Assembly: GCF_004010195.1 (NCBI RefSeq)
Contig: NW_025215381.1
Coordinates: 999,909-1,063,908 of the forward strand
Length of the DNA: 64,000 bases
Direction: 5' to 3'
Source of the DNA: Chiloscyllium plagiosum
Lineage: Eukaryota
Part shown: positions 48,181 to 62,040 of the stretch, one piece after another
How the letters are laid out: each line of letters begins with the position of its first letter
How positions within the stretch are numbered: the first letter of the stretch is position 1
Position numbers and translations under genes: made by a program
The notes under the pieces: generated by a model
Seen by the model: the letters and a program-made list of their open reading frames with translations, nothing else
The model's database searches: none
Told to the model about the DNA's origin: nothing

Positions 48181-51100
48181 TGCGCACTGTACTGGGCCAA
48201 CATTTGTCCTTCAGTTAGTATCACTAAAACGATCTGGTCAATGTCACATTCCTGTTTATTGGAGGTTACTGTGTACAATATGTTTGCTGTATTTCCAGCA
48301 TGATACCTGTGACTAAACTTTGAGCTGTAACGATGTTTCTTTTCAAAGTAACCCTCCCAAAAATCAGGAAAGGAAGGGAAGAGGGGATGATCCCTTTGGG
48401 AGCTCAGCTGTCTGGAAAGTCCGTAGGTTGCATAGAATCACAAAAGTATTGCAACATGAAGGAGGCCATTCCGTCCACTGTGTCCGTGCAAAGAGCAGAT
48501 CAACTATTCCTATGAACACCCCTACCTACTCACATGCACAGACTTTCCCCATAGACTTGCAAATATTTTCTCTTTAGGTGCTTCCAGTTCGCTTTGGAAA
48601 GCCATGTTTGATCTGTAATAATATTAAGGCATTTTTTTTTCAATAAATATTTCACTGGATACAGTAACATTGTCTTTTTTTTTGAAGTACAGAGTCGAGA
48701 CAATAACTGGAGCTAGAAATGAGTGCTAACATGAGAAATTGGTGCATGTGAGAATTTCTGGAATATTTTTTCTTCTGTAATTTGAATTAATAGTCAGATT
48801 CTGACTTAAAACTTAAACTGCCAGCTAGTTAAAAAGCCAAGTTTAGTAGAAAATGGCTGGCAGTGGTGGTTGTGTCAACAAATTGGACTTGAAGCAGTAA
48901 ATCAGTTTTGCAGAAAGCTGACTTATTCACTCAGTCCTCCATACAGGCTTTGTGACTGCACAGAATGAAGAAGACAAGGAACAAGTGCTAACTTCGGAAT
49001 TTGGGACAGAGGGAGGGAGAGGTGGTAATGTCACTGGGTGAATAATCCAGAAACCCAGTCTATTGCACTGGACATGTGGAATGAAATCCCACCAGTACAC
49101 CTGGTATAATTTAAATGCAGTTTGTAAGATCTGAAGTGACAATGGTCTTTGATTAAGAACCACTCTGGTTTACTCATGTCCATTAGGGATGAAATCTGCC
49201 ATCCTGACCTGGTCTGGTCAGCGTGTAACTCCAGATTCATACCAATGTGACTGCCTTATGAAATGGGTTAGAAAGCCAATCAGTTCAAGGATGGTTAACA
49301 AATGCTGACTTTAGTAGTGACATCCAAAGAATAAATGTGAAGCATGCAGAGAGAAAAGGAAGTGCAGCTTTTTAATAATTCGAGGAACTTGGACTCCAGG
49401 TTGCTGAGATGGGGCCTGAGCATCATGTTCTATGAGGGGAGAAGTTACCTAGACATTTTGTTCCAGGAGCCAGTTACATCTCTTGGGCTCGGTATTTCCA
49501 ATTTGGCCTTTGGTCAAGAATGGGAGGGTGTGATATAGATGGGGCAGATATGGAGATCCAGAAGTGACAACACTTGGGATGCCTCAGCCTTTGCTATTGC
49601 CTGACAGGGTTCTTGCATTTTTTGTTCAGATGATAGTATAGGGAATGCTGCATTTCAAGTAAAAATTGGATAAAGGAAATTTCAATACAGTAGGAGTTAA
49701 GGATAGGTACTTTCTGCAACTGAGTGAGAGTCTTGAAGTGTGTGCTGCCTGCCTGATTAATTTGGAACATCTACTCAGGAGACATCCACTTGAAGAGAAA
49801 TGTGGAACATGAGGGAAAATATTGGATTCTAAGAAAAGTTCTGCTGAGTGGAGTTGAATGTAAAAGCAAAACCATAAAAGGTAATTTTAGGATTACTATA
49901 TAACCTACAAGCAAGTATTCATAGAATCCCTTCAGTGTGGAAAGAGACATTTGGCCCTACAAGTCCACACTGACCCTCTGAAAAGCATCCCACACAGACC
50001 TGATCCCCTACCCTATTAATATACATTTCCCCTGACTAATTGCACCTAACCTATACATTCATAGAGATCTAAAGCGTAGAAAAGTGCCCTTTGGCCCATC
50101 AAGTCTCTGCTAGTCAAAACCAAGCACCCAACTAATCCAAAACTAAATAGTGGTTCAGCGTGAAAAGGGAAAGATTTAAAAGCGACCTATGGGGCAATTG
50201 TTTCACACAGAGGGTGGTACATGTATGGAATGAGCTGCCAGAGGAAGTGGTGGAGGCTGGTACAATTACAACATTTAAAAGGCATCTAGATGAGTATATG
50301 AATAGAAAGGGTTTAGAGGGATATGGACCAAGTGCTGGCAAATGGGACTAGATTAATTTAGGATAACTGTTCAGCATGGACGAGTTGAACTGAAAAGGTT
50401 TTTTTCCCAAGCTGTACATCTCTACGACTATTCTAATAAATAAAATCAGCGAGTTGGGCATATGTCTCAAAGACATGGGGATGTGCTGTTGACATGGTAA
50501 TGGCACTGGGCTAGTATTCCCGAGGCTGAATATATTGCTCTGAGGGCACAGGATCAAATTTTAAAACAGAAGCTGGTGGAATTTAAAATTCATTAATTGA
50601 AAAAAAAATTCTGGAATTAGCTAATCTCAGTCATGATTACTATGGCAACTATAGGACTTTATAATTAGACCCTGAGGGGCCTTGACAGGGTTGATGTGGA
50701 AATGATGTCTCTTCTTATGGCAGAATCTAGAACTAAGGGCCATTGTTCAAAACAGAAGAGGATTTTTTTGCTGTGTGGGTCTTGAGTTTTTGGAACTCTT
50801 CCTGAAAAGTCAGTGGAAGCAGAGCGTTTGAATATTTTTCAGACACAGGTGGATAGGTGGGTAAATATGGGGAGGTGGACAGGATACTAGGTCAATCATG
50901 ACTTTATTAAATGGTGGAGCAGGCTCAAAGGGCTGAAGGGCCTATTCCTGCTCTTTATCCATGTGTTCACCGTAAAATCCATCTGGCTCACTAAGGTCCT
51001 TTAGAGAAGGGAAGATGTGGTTCTTATCCAGCCTTCATGTGTCTACGAACCCAAAACATGTTTGATTCTTAACTGCCCTCTGAAATGGCCTAGCAAACCA

Positions 51101-52291
51101 TTCAATCCAAGGATAAGTAGGGATGGGCAACAAATGCTGATCCCAACAGTAATGCCCACATCTTATCAAAGAATAAAGCATTAGTATAGGATTATGATGC
51201 AGGTAACTGTTAAACAGAATATCAGTATGCACCAGCAAAGAAGGTCAGATTAGGGGGAAATGGCTTTAAACTAACAGGAGGAGGTGGTCTGGGTAAAGTA
51301 AGATTTAGATATTAAGATATAAAAGGTCAGGTGATGAAGTATATATTGATATGGGTGTAGACAAGCTGAGTAGTTTGGGAAAAGACCAAGTGTGCAATTA
51401 TAACAGTGCATCAGAGAGTAAGGTATATGCAGAAAATATTAATTAGAAAATAAAACTGAGGTCACAAATACATTAGATTTAATCACCATTACAGAGATAT
51501 GATGACAAGGTGACCAAGGTTGGGAAATAAGGTACACAACCTAGAAAAGACAGACAGATGTTCCTTGAGTGCAGAGGACAAGAAGGGTGGAGATTAGGAA
51601 TAGCAAATGTCAGGGCACATTGCTGAGAGACCCCATAAACAGCAGTTAAACCATTGGACAGAATTAAACAAGAAATGATTGCAGGTTTAATAGGGACAGT
51701 AATCTTAACCAATCTAATTGACAAAGATTAATAGAAGCGAAATACTGTTGCTTGTTACAGGTCTGAAATAAAGACAAAGTGCTGAAGGCACTCAGCAGCA
51801 TCTGCAGAGGAACAAACAGAACTGAAGCAGGCTTGAAAAAGTGATAGTCTTTATCTACTTTATACAGCTAAAGAAAGAGGGCAAGTGGAACAAAGTGAGA
51901 GGGTGCTCACAGCAAAAGGCAAAGAGACTGCGAATGGTAATAAAAGAGGCGAAATATAGGTGATGAGTACATGTGAATGGTTGATGTTGGTAACATCGTT
52001 GGTCAGATCTGCTGAGAGCAAACTCACAGAAACAAGCCGTGGCAGTGATCAAAGTGTAGGGCAGAGTTTTTAGTCTGATCCTAATGTTGAGTCCTGAAGA
52101 CTGGAAATTGTGATGCTGTTCCTCCAGTTTGTGCTGGGCTTTACTGAAATTAATTCTGATTTACTAAATTCATCATCAGTTTAATAGATTTTTTAAAATT
52201 TAAAGCTTTGATTTATTTTCTCCCTCGTCCACAAGGTATTAGGGTCCCACCCCCAGGCTGACCTCCTGGATGTAAAGGGAGGATGGATAGG

Positions 52292-52602
52292 GTGGCATGG
52301 TGACTCACAGCACCAGGGACCCGGGTTCGATTCCCGCCTCGGGTGACTGTCTGTGTGGCGTTTGCACATTCTCCCCGTGCCTGTATGGGTTTCCTCCGGG
52401 TGCTCTGGTTTCCGAGGTTGTGCAGGTTAGGATGGATTGGCCATGCTAAATTGCCCATAGTGTTCAGTGCATTAGTCAGGGGTAAATGTAGGGTCATAGA
52501 ATGGGTCTGGGTGAGCTTCTCTTTGGAGGGTCAGTGTGGATTTAATGGGCCGAAGGGCCTGTTTCCATATTGTAGGGAATCTAATCTAATCTAATCTAAT
52601 CT
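52292..52602 (+). mobile_element. HE1-type SINE
   Basis: B box gggttcgattccc; (tctaa)n tail. Confidence 0.85.
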
Positions 52603-53569
52603 CTATTTGCAAGCCATGCCAGTTTCTAGGTGATCAGGTGCCCTGTTGCTATGGTAGTGATCACAAGTGTCTATTACATCATTACAACATTGCCATAAAT
52701 CAAAACACTCACAAGACATGAGAGCCAAAGTTTGCCATTCAGCCCATCAAGAGGAGAGACTGGGTGGGTTAGAATTGTGTTTACTGGGTTCAGAAGAATG
52801 AAAAGAGAAACCCGTAAGATTCTAACAGGACTAAACAGATGCAGGAAGGAATTTCCTGATGACTAGGGAGTCCAGTATCAGGGTTCACAGTCTAAAGTTA
52901 CAGGGTAGGCTATTTAGGAGTGAGATGAGGAGAAATATCTTCTCCAGAGAGTGATGAGCCTGTGGGAATTCCTGGTTACATAAAAGGGAAAAGGACAAAT
53001 CATTGAATGTTTTCAAGTCAGAGAGTTAGATACAACTTTGAAAGCTAACAGGATCATCGGGTGTGGGGAAAACGTGGGAATGGGATACTGAGTTGGATGA
53101 GCAGACATGATCATATTGGATGGTGAAACAGACTCAAAGAGCCAAATTATCTACTCCTGCTCCTACTTCTTACAGTTCCTGAAAACACATCACAGAGGCT
53201 AGTATCCCATCACCAAGTCACCTTTTATTTACACACAGTGTCCTTGATGCTGATCCAGCTCTCAGAGTGAACAGGACACTCTTCTCTTCTTGTGCCCAGT
53301 ACGTCAACTCTGACCAGCGAGCTCAGAGCCAGTCCTGAGAGTGAGGGGAAATCTTTTTATTTTTATGTAAATCCCTCACACTACCACTGCACCCAAAAAG
53401 GGCCCAGCAGCAGTGCTTATATTTTCCCCAAATTATCAGTAGCTGTCTGTATGCATATATAGTGACAGTAAAAAAAACATCATTGTACAATAAAGCCTTT
53501 GCACATTCTCCATCATCAAGAAAGAACGCATGTGACAAGTGAAACATTAACAGGTTTAATGAAGTGGAC

Positions 53570-53869
53570 AGCACTGCTGCCTCATCACCAAGGACCCAGA
53601 TTCGATTCCAGCCTCGGGCAACTGTCTTTTGGAGTTAGCATGTTCTCCCCGTTTGTGTGGGTTTCCTCCAGTTTCCTCCCACAATCCAATTAGGTATATT
53701 GGTTGTGCTAAATTGCCACATAGTGTTCAGGGATGCGTAGGTTAGATGCATTAGCCATGGGAAATGTAGGGTTACAGGGAAAGGGTGCAGGAGGTGGGGT
53801 CTGGGTGGGATGCTCTTCAGAGATTCATTGTAGACTTGTTGGGCTGAATTTCCACACTGTCGGGATTCT
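53570..53869 (+). mobile_element. HE1-type SINE (diverged)
   Basis: agcactgctgcctca...ttcgattcca...gctaaattgcc...ccacactgtcgggattct. Confidence 0.75.
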
Positions 53870-54384
53870 GAGCAAAGTCTGATAAGGGTAATGCTTACAT
53901 TAAAAAGTCAAAGGGGGAGGGTAGGGAGAGAAGGAGGGGACCAAAATCAAAATAGAATTGCGGGTATCACTCCTTTTGTTTCTTCCAGGAACAGAGTCCA
54001 CTGCAGTGTGCAGAGTCTGCTCCTGAAGACAACCCCTGTGTGTGCTGGGGGCTAAGTCTCCATAGAGGCCTGGTCTATCCACATAGAACCAGGCCCAGGA
54101 CACTCTTATTTTATTAAACAGTACAAAATACAGTTAACAATAAACAGAAAGCAGCAGTTCCCAAAAAAATAACACTATATATAGGGAAAGGAGCAGCAAA
54201 GACAAACCCCAAACCCCACCATTCAACCAGTTTTCAGGGAGAAGAGGACAAACCTCAAACCCCACTTTCAGTCAATAAAGGTAACAGTAACAAACACACA
54301 CAAGACAGTGCAATCAAATGAAAAAGTGCATAGAACACAGACCCAATATAGCTGTTTAAAAAAAAGTTAGCTGACACCAGTCTC

Positions 54385-55045
54385 CACTACATACTGATCA
54401 GACCGTCCTTGGCTAGCCTTCCTGCAGGACAGTCAGCCTTCCAGTCTCCAGCCGCCCTGCATACTGACTGACCCTTCCCAGGCCGCTTTCCTCCGAGACG
54501 GACATCAGCCACCAGCTCCCGGTCACTCCGTGTACTAACCAAACCATCCCCAACCTGCCTTCCTACAGGTTGGGCTGTCAGCCTTCTAGCACCCAGCCTC
54601 CCTGCGTACTGACTGACCCTTTCCCCTGGTTAATGTTCCTGCAGACCGGCCATCCGATGTCCAGCTCCCAGCGTTCCTGCGTACTGACTGGACCTCTCCC
54701 GGTCAGCCTTCCTACGGGCTGCCGTCGGCCGCCTGGCTCAGCCTCCCCATGTACTGACCACCTGCCCTAGATCGGCTTTTCTGCAAGGACGCTATCAGTT
54801 CCCTGCCCCCTCCACCCAGGCACCCCCACCTCGTACTGACAGGCTCCTCCAGGCCAGTCATCAACCCTGTGGTCCCCAGCTAGCATGTGTACTGGCTGCC
54901 CCTCCCCTGACCAGCTTTCCAACAGGCACACTCAGCTGCCTAGCCCATAGCCACCCTGTGTACTAACAGAGCACCCTCGCTCCAGCCCACTTTCCCCCAG
55001 GTCGGTCATTGACCCTTCAGCTCCCATATATTGACTAACCCACTT
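54385..55045. repeat. Degenerate ~70-bp minisatellite, about 10 units
   Basis: Core (g/a)tactgac variants at ~54391, 54460, 54532, 54607, 54681, 54751, 54833, 54889, 54960, 55028. Confidence 0.8.
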
Positions 55046-55840
55046 TGGCCCGCACTCAAATACAATTACAAACCCCACATACCGTAACAAAATTCCCAAA
55101 GTCCTCACAATACAGTTTCCAGTACAAAGACAGAGTCCACTCCTGAAGGCAGCAAATGCATATCCCGCAGCACACAGACAGGTATTCAGTCTCCATAGAG
55201 ATTGATCCTTCCATTGAGAACCAAGCCCACTCACAGGAACACAGTACATTGTGAAGCTGTAGTTATGTCACAGGGGTTTAGTCCACTCCAGGATGCAGCA
55301 ATTGCTCACCTCCCAGCACACGCACGCAGGTGTTCAGTCTTTACAGAGGCCTAGTCACCCACAAAGGGTCAGGCCTACCCATTCAAGAGTAGCTCATGGA
55401 AAGATATATTTTCTACAAGGGCTCAGTCCAAATACCAAAAAGGTGAAAACACATTAAAAAAAATAGAAAACCAGAGTGCAAGGGCTAAGCCCTGTGACAA
55501 AATCAACATAGTCCTTTTCTCAAATTAAAGGAGAAAAGAGAAAGACACAGGCTGTAACCAGCCAGTGAAACAACAGTTCCCTAATGAGAATGGAGTTACA
55601 CCTGTAACACATTGACTGTGTAAATCAGCCAGGTTAGAAGTCAGTCCTCAATAAAAAGGCATGCCTGCACTTCTTTATGTAACAGTACTGTCTAATGTAC
55701 AACTGCTGTTGTCTCCTTATATCTTTGTGAAACTGGGATTTGAGGTTTGTCCTCATGTCCCTGTAAACTGTTTGAATGGTAGGGTTTGGGGCCTGGCTTT
55801 GCTGCTCCTCTCCCTTGTAAAATTGCTGTCTCTTGTATGT

Positions 55841-56157
55841 AGATTAGATTAGATTACATTACAGTGTGGAAACAGGCCCTTCGGCCCAACAAGTCCACAC
55901 CGACCCGCCGAAGCGTAACCCACCCATACCCCTACATTTACCCCTTACCTAACACTACGGGCAATTTAGCATGGCCAATTCACCTGACCTGCACATCTTT
56001 TGGACTGTGGGAGGAAACCGGAGCACCCGGAGGAAACCCACGCAGACACGGGGAGAACGTGCAAACTCAACGCAGTCAGTCGCCTGAGGCGGGAATTGAA
56101 CCCGGGTCTCTGGCGCTGTGAGGCAGCAGTGCTAACTGCTGTGCCACCGTGCCGCCC
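55841..56157 (-). mobile_element. HE1-type SINE, best-preserved full-length copy
   Basis: - strand ggcggcacggtggcacagcagttagcactgctgcctcacagcgccagagacccgggttcaattcccgcc...taatctaatctaatct; many CpGs retained. Confidence 0.9.
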
Positions 56158-56436
56158 ACAATGTAGCTGTAAATGTAACTGCTTGTTGTAAACTGTTTTT
56201 GTAATTTGTTTAATAAAATAAAAAAAATAAAAAAATAAAAAGGAATGCCAGTTAACAAACTGACGATGTGGTTCAGCCAGTTTAGGAATCAGGTTTCCTC
56301 CAAAAACAAACAGCAGTAACACACTGGATGTAGGCAGCCAGCTCAGAGTCAGTCCCCTCCCTGACACAAAATGGAGAGTCCTTAACACTAATCCAGCTCC
56401 CTGAGAGTAAACAGGACATCTGACACTCCAGTTCCT

Positions 56437-57230
56437 ATGGTTATCCACTTTGGTGGCAAGTCCAGGAAGGCAGATTACTACCTAAATGGAGTCAAGGTAG
56501 GTAAAGGGGCAGTACAAAGAGATCTAGGTGTTCTTGTACATCAGTCAATGAAAGCAAGCACACAGGGACAGCAGGCAGTGAAGAAAGCTAGTAGCATGCT
56601 GGCCTTCATAACAAGAGGGATTGAGTATAGAAGCAAAGAGGTTCTTCTGCAGCTGTACAGGGCCCGGGTGAGACCACACCTGGAGTACTGTGTGCAGTTT
56701 TGGTCTCCAAATTTGAGGAAAGACATTCTGGCTATTGAGGAAGTGCAGCGTAGGTTCACGAGGTCCATTCTCGGAATGGCAGGACTATTTTACGCTGAAA
56801 GATTGGAGTGACTGGGCTTGTATACCCTTGAGTTTAGAAGGCTGAGAGGGGATCTGATTGAGACATATAAGATTATTAAAGGATTGGACACTCTGGAGGC
56901 AGGAAACATGTTTCCACTGATGGGTGAGTCCGAACCAGAGGATACCATTTAAAAATAAAGGGTAGGCCATTTAGGACAGAGATGAGGAGAAACCTCTTCA
57001 ACCAGAAAGTGGTGGGTGTGTGGAATGCTCTGCCCCAAAGGGCAGTGGAGGCCAAGTCTCTGGATACTTTCAAGGAAGAGATGGATAAAGCTCTTAAGTG
57101 GAATCAAGGGATATGAGGATAAGGCAGGAACAGGATACTGATTCATTATGATCATGGCTGATCATCCTCAATGATGGTGCTGGCTCGAAGGGCAGAATGG
57201 CCTACTCCAGCGCCTATTGTCTATTATCTA
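56437..57230 (+). mobile_element. CR1 3' fragment
   Basis: VIHFGGK...QRDLGVLVH...RPHLEYCVQFWSP...RRFTR; tail ctattgtctat. Confidence 0.9.
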
Positions 57231-57524
57231 TCAGCCAGCACTCCCTGTCTGTAGGCTGGATGTTTTCACTCCTGCTCTGAGCACATAGCTTTTTAAACGT
57301 TCTGCAACTGAACCAGTTTGCTGTTGCTGGACAGAATTTCCTTAACCTGAAAGATTCTGGCTATCATTCAGTCATGACTTTCAGCCTGTCTTTTTTTGTT
57401 TCCAAAAAGCAACCTTACAAGCCACAGCTCAACAACATACAACAAAATCAGTCCAACCTCCACTTCCGTCCAAAACCACTGAAAAAATGTTGTCTTCTGC
57501 AGAGAACATTGAACACAGAACAGT

Positions 57525-59475
57525 TATTATGACACAGCCTTAAACACTTCTGTTAATTAAAACCAAACACCCAAAGATCACCTTGCCTCATAATCTGTTA
57601 AAATATGGGTCACAAGGAACCCCCAGATTCCACTATTTAAAGAAAATAACATCAATTTATTTTTTTAACTCCAGAAATGGACATTAAACAACTATTCACA
57701 ACTCTACATCCTCCTTTCTCTTAACTGCTTACTATCTGCCTCCAACTCTATAATGATAAGCATAAGACAGTTTATGAATAACAGTTATTAAAATTACGTC
57801 AACTTGATTTCAAAACCACACAGCTGCTGTCATCTTTTGGGTCTTTCTTCTTCCAGCTAAAGATCTTGCTGGGTCAACTTTTCTTTTTACTATGTGTATA
57901 TTTCATATGAACAAAGAACAGAGAAAATTTACAGCTCAGGAACAGGTCCTTCGGCCCTCCAAGCCTGAGCCGATCCAATGTACTGTCTAAACCTATCGCC
58001 CAGTTCCTAAGCATCTGGATCCCTCTGCTCCCCACCTACTCATGCATCTGTCCAGACTGATCTTAAATGAATCTACCATGCCTGCCTCTACTACCACTGC
58101 TGGCAACGCGTTCCAGGCACCTACCACCTCTGTGGGAAGTACTTGCTGCGTGTATCCCCCTTAAACTTTTCACCTCTCACCTTGAATGTGTGACCTCTTG
58201 TTATTGAATCCCTCACCCTGGGAAAAAGCTTATCTCTATCTACCTTGTCTATACCCTTCATGATGTTGTAAACCTCAATCAGGTTCCCCCTCAATCTCCT
58301 TTTCCTAATGAAAACAAACCTAACCTACTCAACCTCTCTTCATAGCAAGCACCTTCCATACCAGGCAACATCCTCGTAAACCTTCTCTACACCCTCTCCA
58401 AAGCGTCCACATCCTTTTGGTAATGTGACCAGAACTGTACACAGTATTCTAAATGCAGCCAAACCAACGTCATGTACAATTTTAACATGACCTGCCAGCT
58501 CTTATACTCAATACTCTGCCAATTTAGGCAAGCATACTATATGCCTTCTTGACCACTCTATCCACCTATGCAGCAACCTTCAGGGTACAGTGGACTCCCA
58601 GATCTCTCTGCCCATCAACTTTTCCCAAGGCTCTTCCATTCACTGTATAATTTGCTCTAGAATTAATCTTGCCTAAATGAATCACCTTGCATTTGCCTGG
58701 ATTGAACTCCATCTGACACTTCTCTGCCCAACTCTCCAGTCTATCTATATCCTCCTGTATTCTTTGACAGTCCCTTATGCTTTCTGCTACTCCACCAATC
58801 TTCATGTCATCTGCAAACTTGCTGATCATACCAACAGTGCCCTCTTCTAGATCATTTATGTATATTACAAACAACAGTGGCCCCAGCACTGACCCCTGTG
58901 GAACACCACTGGTTACCTTTCTCCATTTCAAGAAACTCCCTTCAACTACTACTCTCTGTCTCCTGTTGCTCAAGCAGTTCTTTATCCACCTAGCTGGAAC
59001 ACCCTGCACACCATGTGACTTCAATTTAAGTCCATGTATATGACTTACTTACAAAAGGTACCTTTGATGGAGAGTGTTTGCTAATTTCTTGGAGAGCTAG
59101 ATGTTACCTCTCCATGCATTTTTCTCTCTCTATGGCAGTTACTCTCTGATCAATTTTCAAAACGTCCACATTTTATACCGCCTCAACATCGGATCGTCTC
59201 AATGATTCGATGCTGGCAAATCAATAAATTTAAATCAATAAAATTAGAAAGGGTTTTAGTATCCTGTGGCATAATTTAAACTGATTGGTTAAATTTGAAT
59301 TGTTGTCAAAACAGCAACCAAATCTCAGGTATACATTTCACTGCCAAATATTACATATTTCAATTTTCCAGTCCACTCTGGGGCTACTATCTAGTCATAT
59401 ATATAGGTGCTTATAAGCTCTCAGTTCAAAAAGCAGCATTCTCTTTCTCTTAATGAACAGTACACACCTTCAACA
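57525..59475. mobile_element. Probable solo LTR inserted in a CR1 tail and itself interrupted by a CR1
   Basis: Starts tattatgac (likely TG>TA), ends ttcaaCA; 4-bp TSD CAGT at 57521-57524 and 59476-59479; removal restores the gaacacagaacagtacagtacaggccc CR1 tail. Confidence 0.55.
57909..59025 (-). mobile_element. CR1 ORF2 3' fragment
   Basis: [21 protein letters not shown]...KFADD; related to 22890-24612. Confidence 0.9.
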
Positions 59476-59479
59476 CAGT

Positions 59480-59930
59480 ACAGTACAGGCCCTTCAGCCC
59501 TCAATGTTGTGCCGACCTTTTCTCATACTCTAAGACCTCATTGACTTGTATGCCCTACACTTTATTACCATCCATGTGCCTATCTAAGAGCTGCTTAAAT
59601 GCCCCTAGTGTGTCTGACTCCACTGTGAATAATGGCAGTGCATTCCACATGCCCACCTACCTCTGACACCTGCCCTAAACCTTCTTCCAATCATCTTAAA
59701 ATTATGACCAGGTGATAGCCATTTCTGCCCTGGGAAAAAGTCTCTGGCTATCCACTCCATCTATGCCTCTCATCATCTTGTACACCTCTATCATCTTCCT
59801 TTGTGCCAACATTCCTGATGAAGAGCTCATGCTCAAAACGTCGACTCTCCTGCTCCTTAGATAATGCCTGAGCAACTGTTTTTGCAGTATCACAATTTTT
59901 GACTCCAATGAGAAAAACCTTTCTTCATAA
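59480..59930 (-). mobile_element. CR1 3' fragment with nested PLE/hammerhead relic (~59810-59905, +)
   Basis: IEVYKMMRGIDGVDSQRLFPR; insert attc CTGATGA a GAGC tcat GCTC aaaa cg tc gact (GAAA mutated to AAAA). Confidence 0.75.
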
Positions 59931-60224
59931 GACAAAGAGTCACAGAGATGTACAACACATTAAAGACCCTTCAGTCCAGCTCGTCCATACCAATCAGATA
60001 TCCCAATCCAATCTAGTCCCACCTTCCAGCACCCGGCCCATATCCCTCCAAACCCTTCCTATTCATACACCCATCCAAATGCCTCTTAAATGTTGTAATT
60101 GTACCAGCTTCCACCACATCCTCTGGCAGCTCATTCCATACACGCACCACCCTCTGTGTTAAAAAGTTGTCCCTTAGATCTCTTTTATATCTTTACCCTC
60201 TTACCCTAAATCTATGATCTCTAT

Positions 60225-60517
60225 TAGATTAGATTCCCTACAGTTTGGAAACACACCATTTGACCTAGCAAGTCCACACCGACCCTCCAAAGAGCAACCC
60301 ACCCAGACCCATTTCCCTCTGACCAAAGCATCTAACACTTTGGGCAATTTAGCATGGCCAATTCACCTGGCCAGCACATCTTTGGACTGTGGGAGGAAAC
60401 CCACACAGACACAGGGAGAATGCGCAAACTCCACACAGACAGTCACCCAAGGCTGGAATTGAACCCAGGTCCCTGGTGCAGTGAGGCTGCAGTTCTAACC
60501 ACTGAGCCACCGTTTCG
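60225..60517 (-). mobile_element. HE1-type SINE nested in CR1
   Basis: Same family; CR1 sequence resumes at ~60535. Confidence 0.85.
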
Positions 60518-61794
60518 CCCTTCTGAGCAGCCATATCTAGTTCTGGACTCCCCGACCCCAGGGAAAAGATTTTGTCTATTTAGCCTATTCATGCCCCTCA
60601 TGATTTTATAAACCTCGATAAGGTCACCCCCTCAGCCTCCGACGCTCCAGGGAAAACAACCCCAGCCTGTTCAGCCTCTCCCTGTAGCTCAGATCCTCCA
60701 ACCCTGGCAACATCCTTGTAAATCTTTTCTGAACGCTTTCAAGTTTAACAACATCTTTCCAATAGGAAGGAGACCAGAATTGCACGCAATACTCTAACAG
60801 TGACCTAACCAATTTCCTGTACAGCCGCAACATGACCTTCCAACTCCTGTACTCAATACTCTGACCAATAAAGGAAAGCATACCAAACACCTCCTTCACT
60901 ATCCTATCTACCTGTGACTCCACTTTTAAGGAGCTATGAACCTGCACTCCAAGGTCTCTTTGTTCAGCAACACTCCCTAGGACCTTACCATTAAATGTAT
61001 AAGTCCTGCTAAGATTAGCTTTCCCAAAATGCAGCACCTCGCATTTGTCTGAATGAAACTCCATCTGCCACTTCTCAGCCCATTGGCCCATCTGTTGTAA
61101 TCTGAGGTAACCCTCTTCGCTGTCCACTACACCTCCAATTTTGATGTCATCAGCAAACTTACTAACTATACTTCTTATGTTCACATCCAAATCATTTATA
61201 TAAATGATGAAAAGTAGAGGACCCAGCATCAATCCTTGTGGCACTCCACTGGTCACAGGCCTCCAGTCTGAAAAACAACCCTCCACCACCACCCTCTGTC
61301 TTCTACCTTTGAGCCAGTTCTGTATCCAAATGGCTAGTTCTCCCAGTATTTTGTGAGATCTCACCTTGCTAATCAGTCTCCCATGGGGAATCTTGTCGAA
61401 CGCCTTACTGAAGTCCATATAAATGACATCTACTGCTCTGCCCTCATCAATCCTCTTTGTTACTTCCTCAAAAAACTCAATCAAGTTTGTGAGACATGAT
61501 TTCCCATGCATAAATCCATGTTGACTATCCCTAATCCCTTGTCTTTCCAAATACATGAACATCCTGTCCCTCAGGATTTCTTCCAACAACTTGCCCACCA
61601 CCGACGTCAGACTCACTGGTCTTGTCCTTACCGCCCTTCTTCAACATTGGCACCACGTTTGCCAACCTCCAGTCTTTCGGCACCTCACCTGTGACTATCG
61701 ATGATACAAATATCTCAGCAAGAAGCCCAGCAATCACTTCCCGAGCTTCCCACAGAGTTCTAGGGTACACCTGATCAGGTCCTGGGGATTTATC

Positions 61795-62040
61795 TGGAGG
61801 AGAAAGTGAGGTCTGCAGATGCTGGAGATCAGAGCTGAAAATGTGTTGCTGGAAAAGCGCAGCAGGTCAGGCAGCATCCAGGGAACAGGAGAATCGACAT
61901 TTCGGGCATAAGCCCTTCTTCAGGAAGCTTCTTCCTGAAGAAGCTTCTTCCTGAAGAAGGGCTTATGCCCAAAACGTCGATTCTCCTGTTCCCTGGATGC
62001 TGCCTGACCTGCTGCGCTTTTCCAGCAACACATTTTCAGC
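61795..62040. mobile_element. 246-bp fold-back PLE-derived insertion with a hammerhead motif in each arm
   Basis: 94-bp arms 61834-61927 and 61947-62040 (2 mismatches); 14-bp TSD CCTGGGGATTTATC at 61781-61794 and 62041-62054. Confidence 0.9.

Noticed and set aside
54385..55045. Repeat-spacer periodicity resembling a CRISPR array
   Set aside because: Whole units are homologous and degenerate, with no unique spacers or cas genes; vertebrate context.
55661..55852. ORF starting MPALL...LSN, superficially like the GPS2 N-terminus (GPS2 neighbours NEURL4 in human)
   Set aside because: Similarity stops at once and the charged GPS2 coiled-coil is absent; context is aataaa...tgtaaca, resembling an LTR end. 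No GPS2 exons were recognised in the window.
56085..56157. tRNA-like A/B boxes as tRNA genes
   Set aside because: They are SINE heads continuing into the SINE body and LINE-like tail.
60624..61616. 330-aa RT ORF as an active or domesticated gene
   Set aside because: Part of a CR1 ORF2 broken by frameshifts, deletions and nested inserts.
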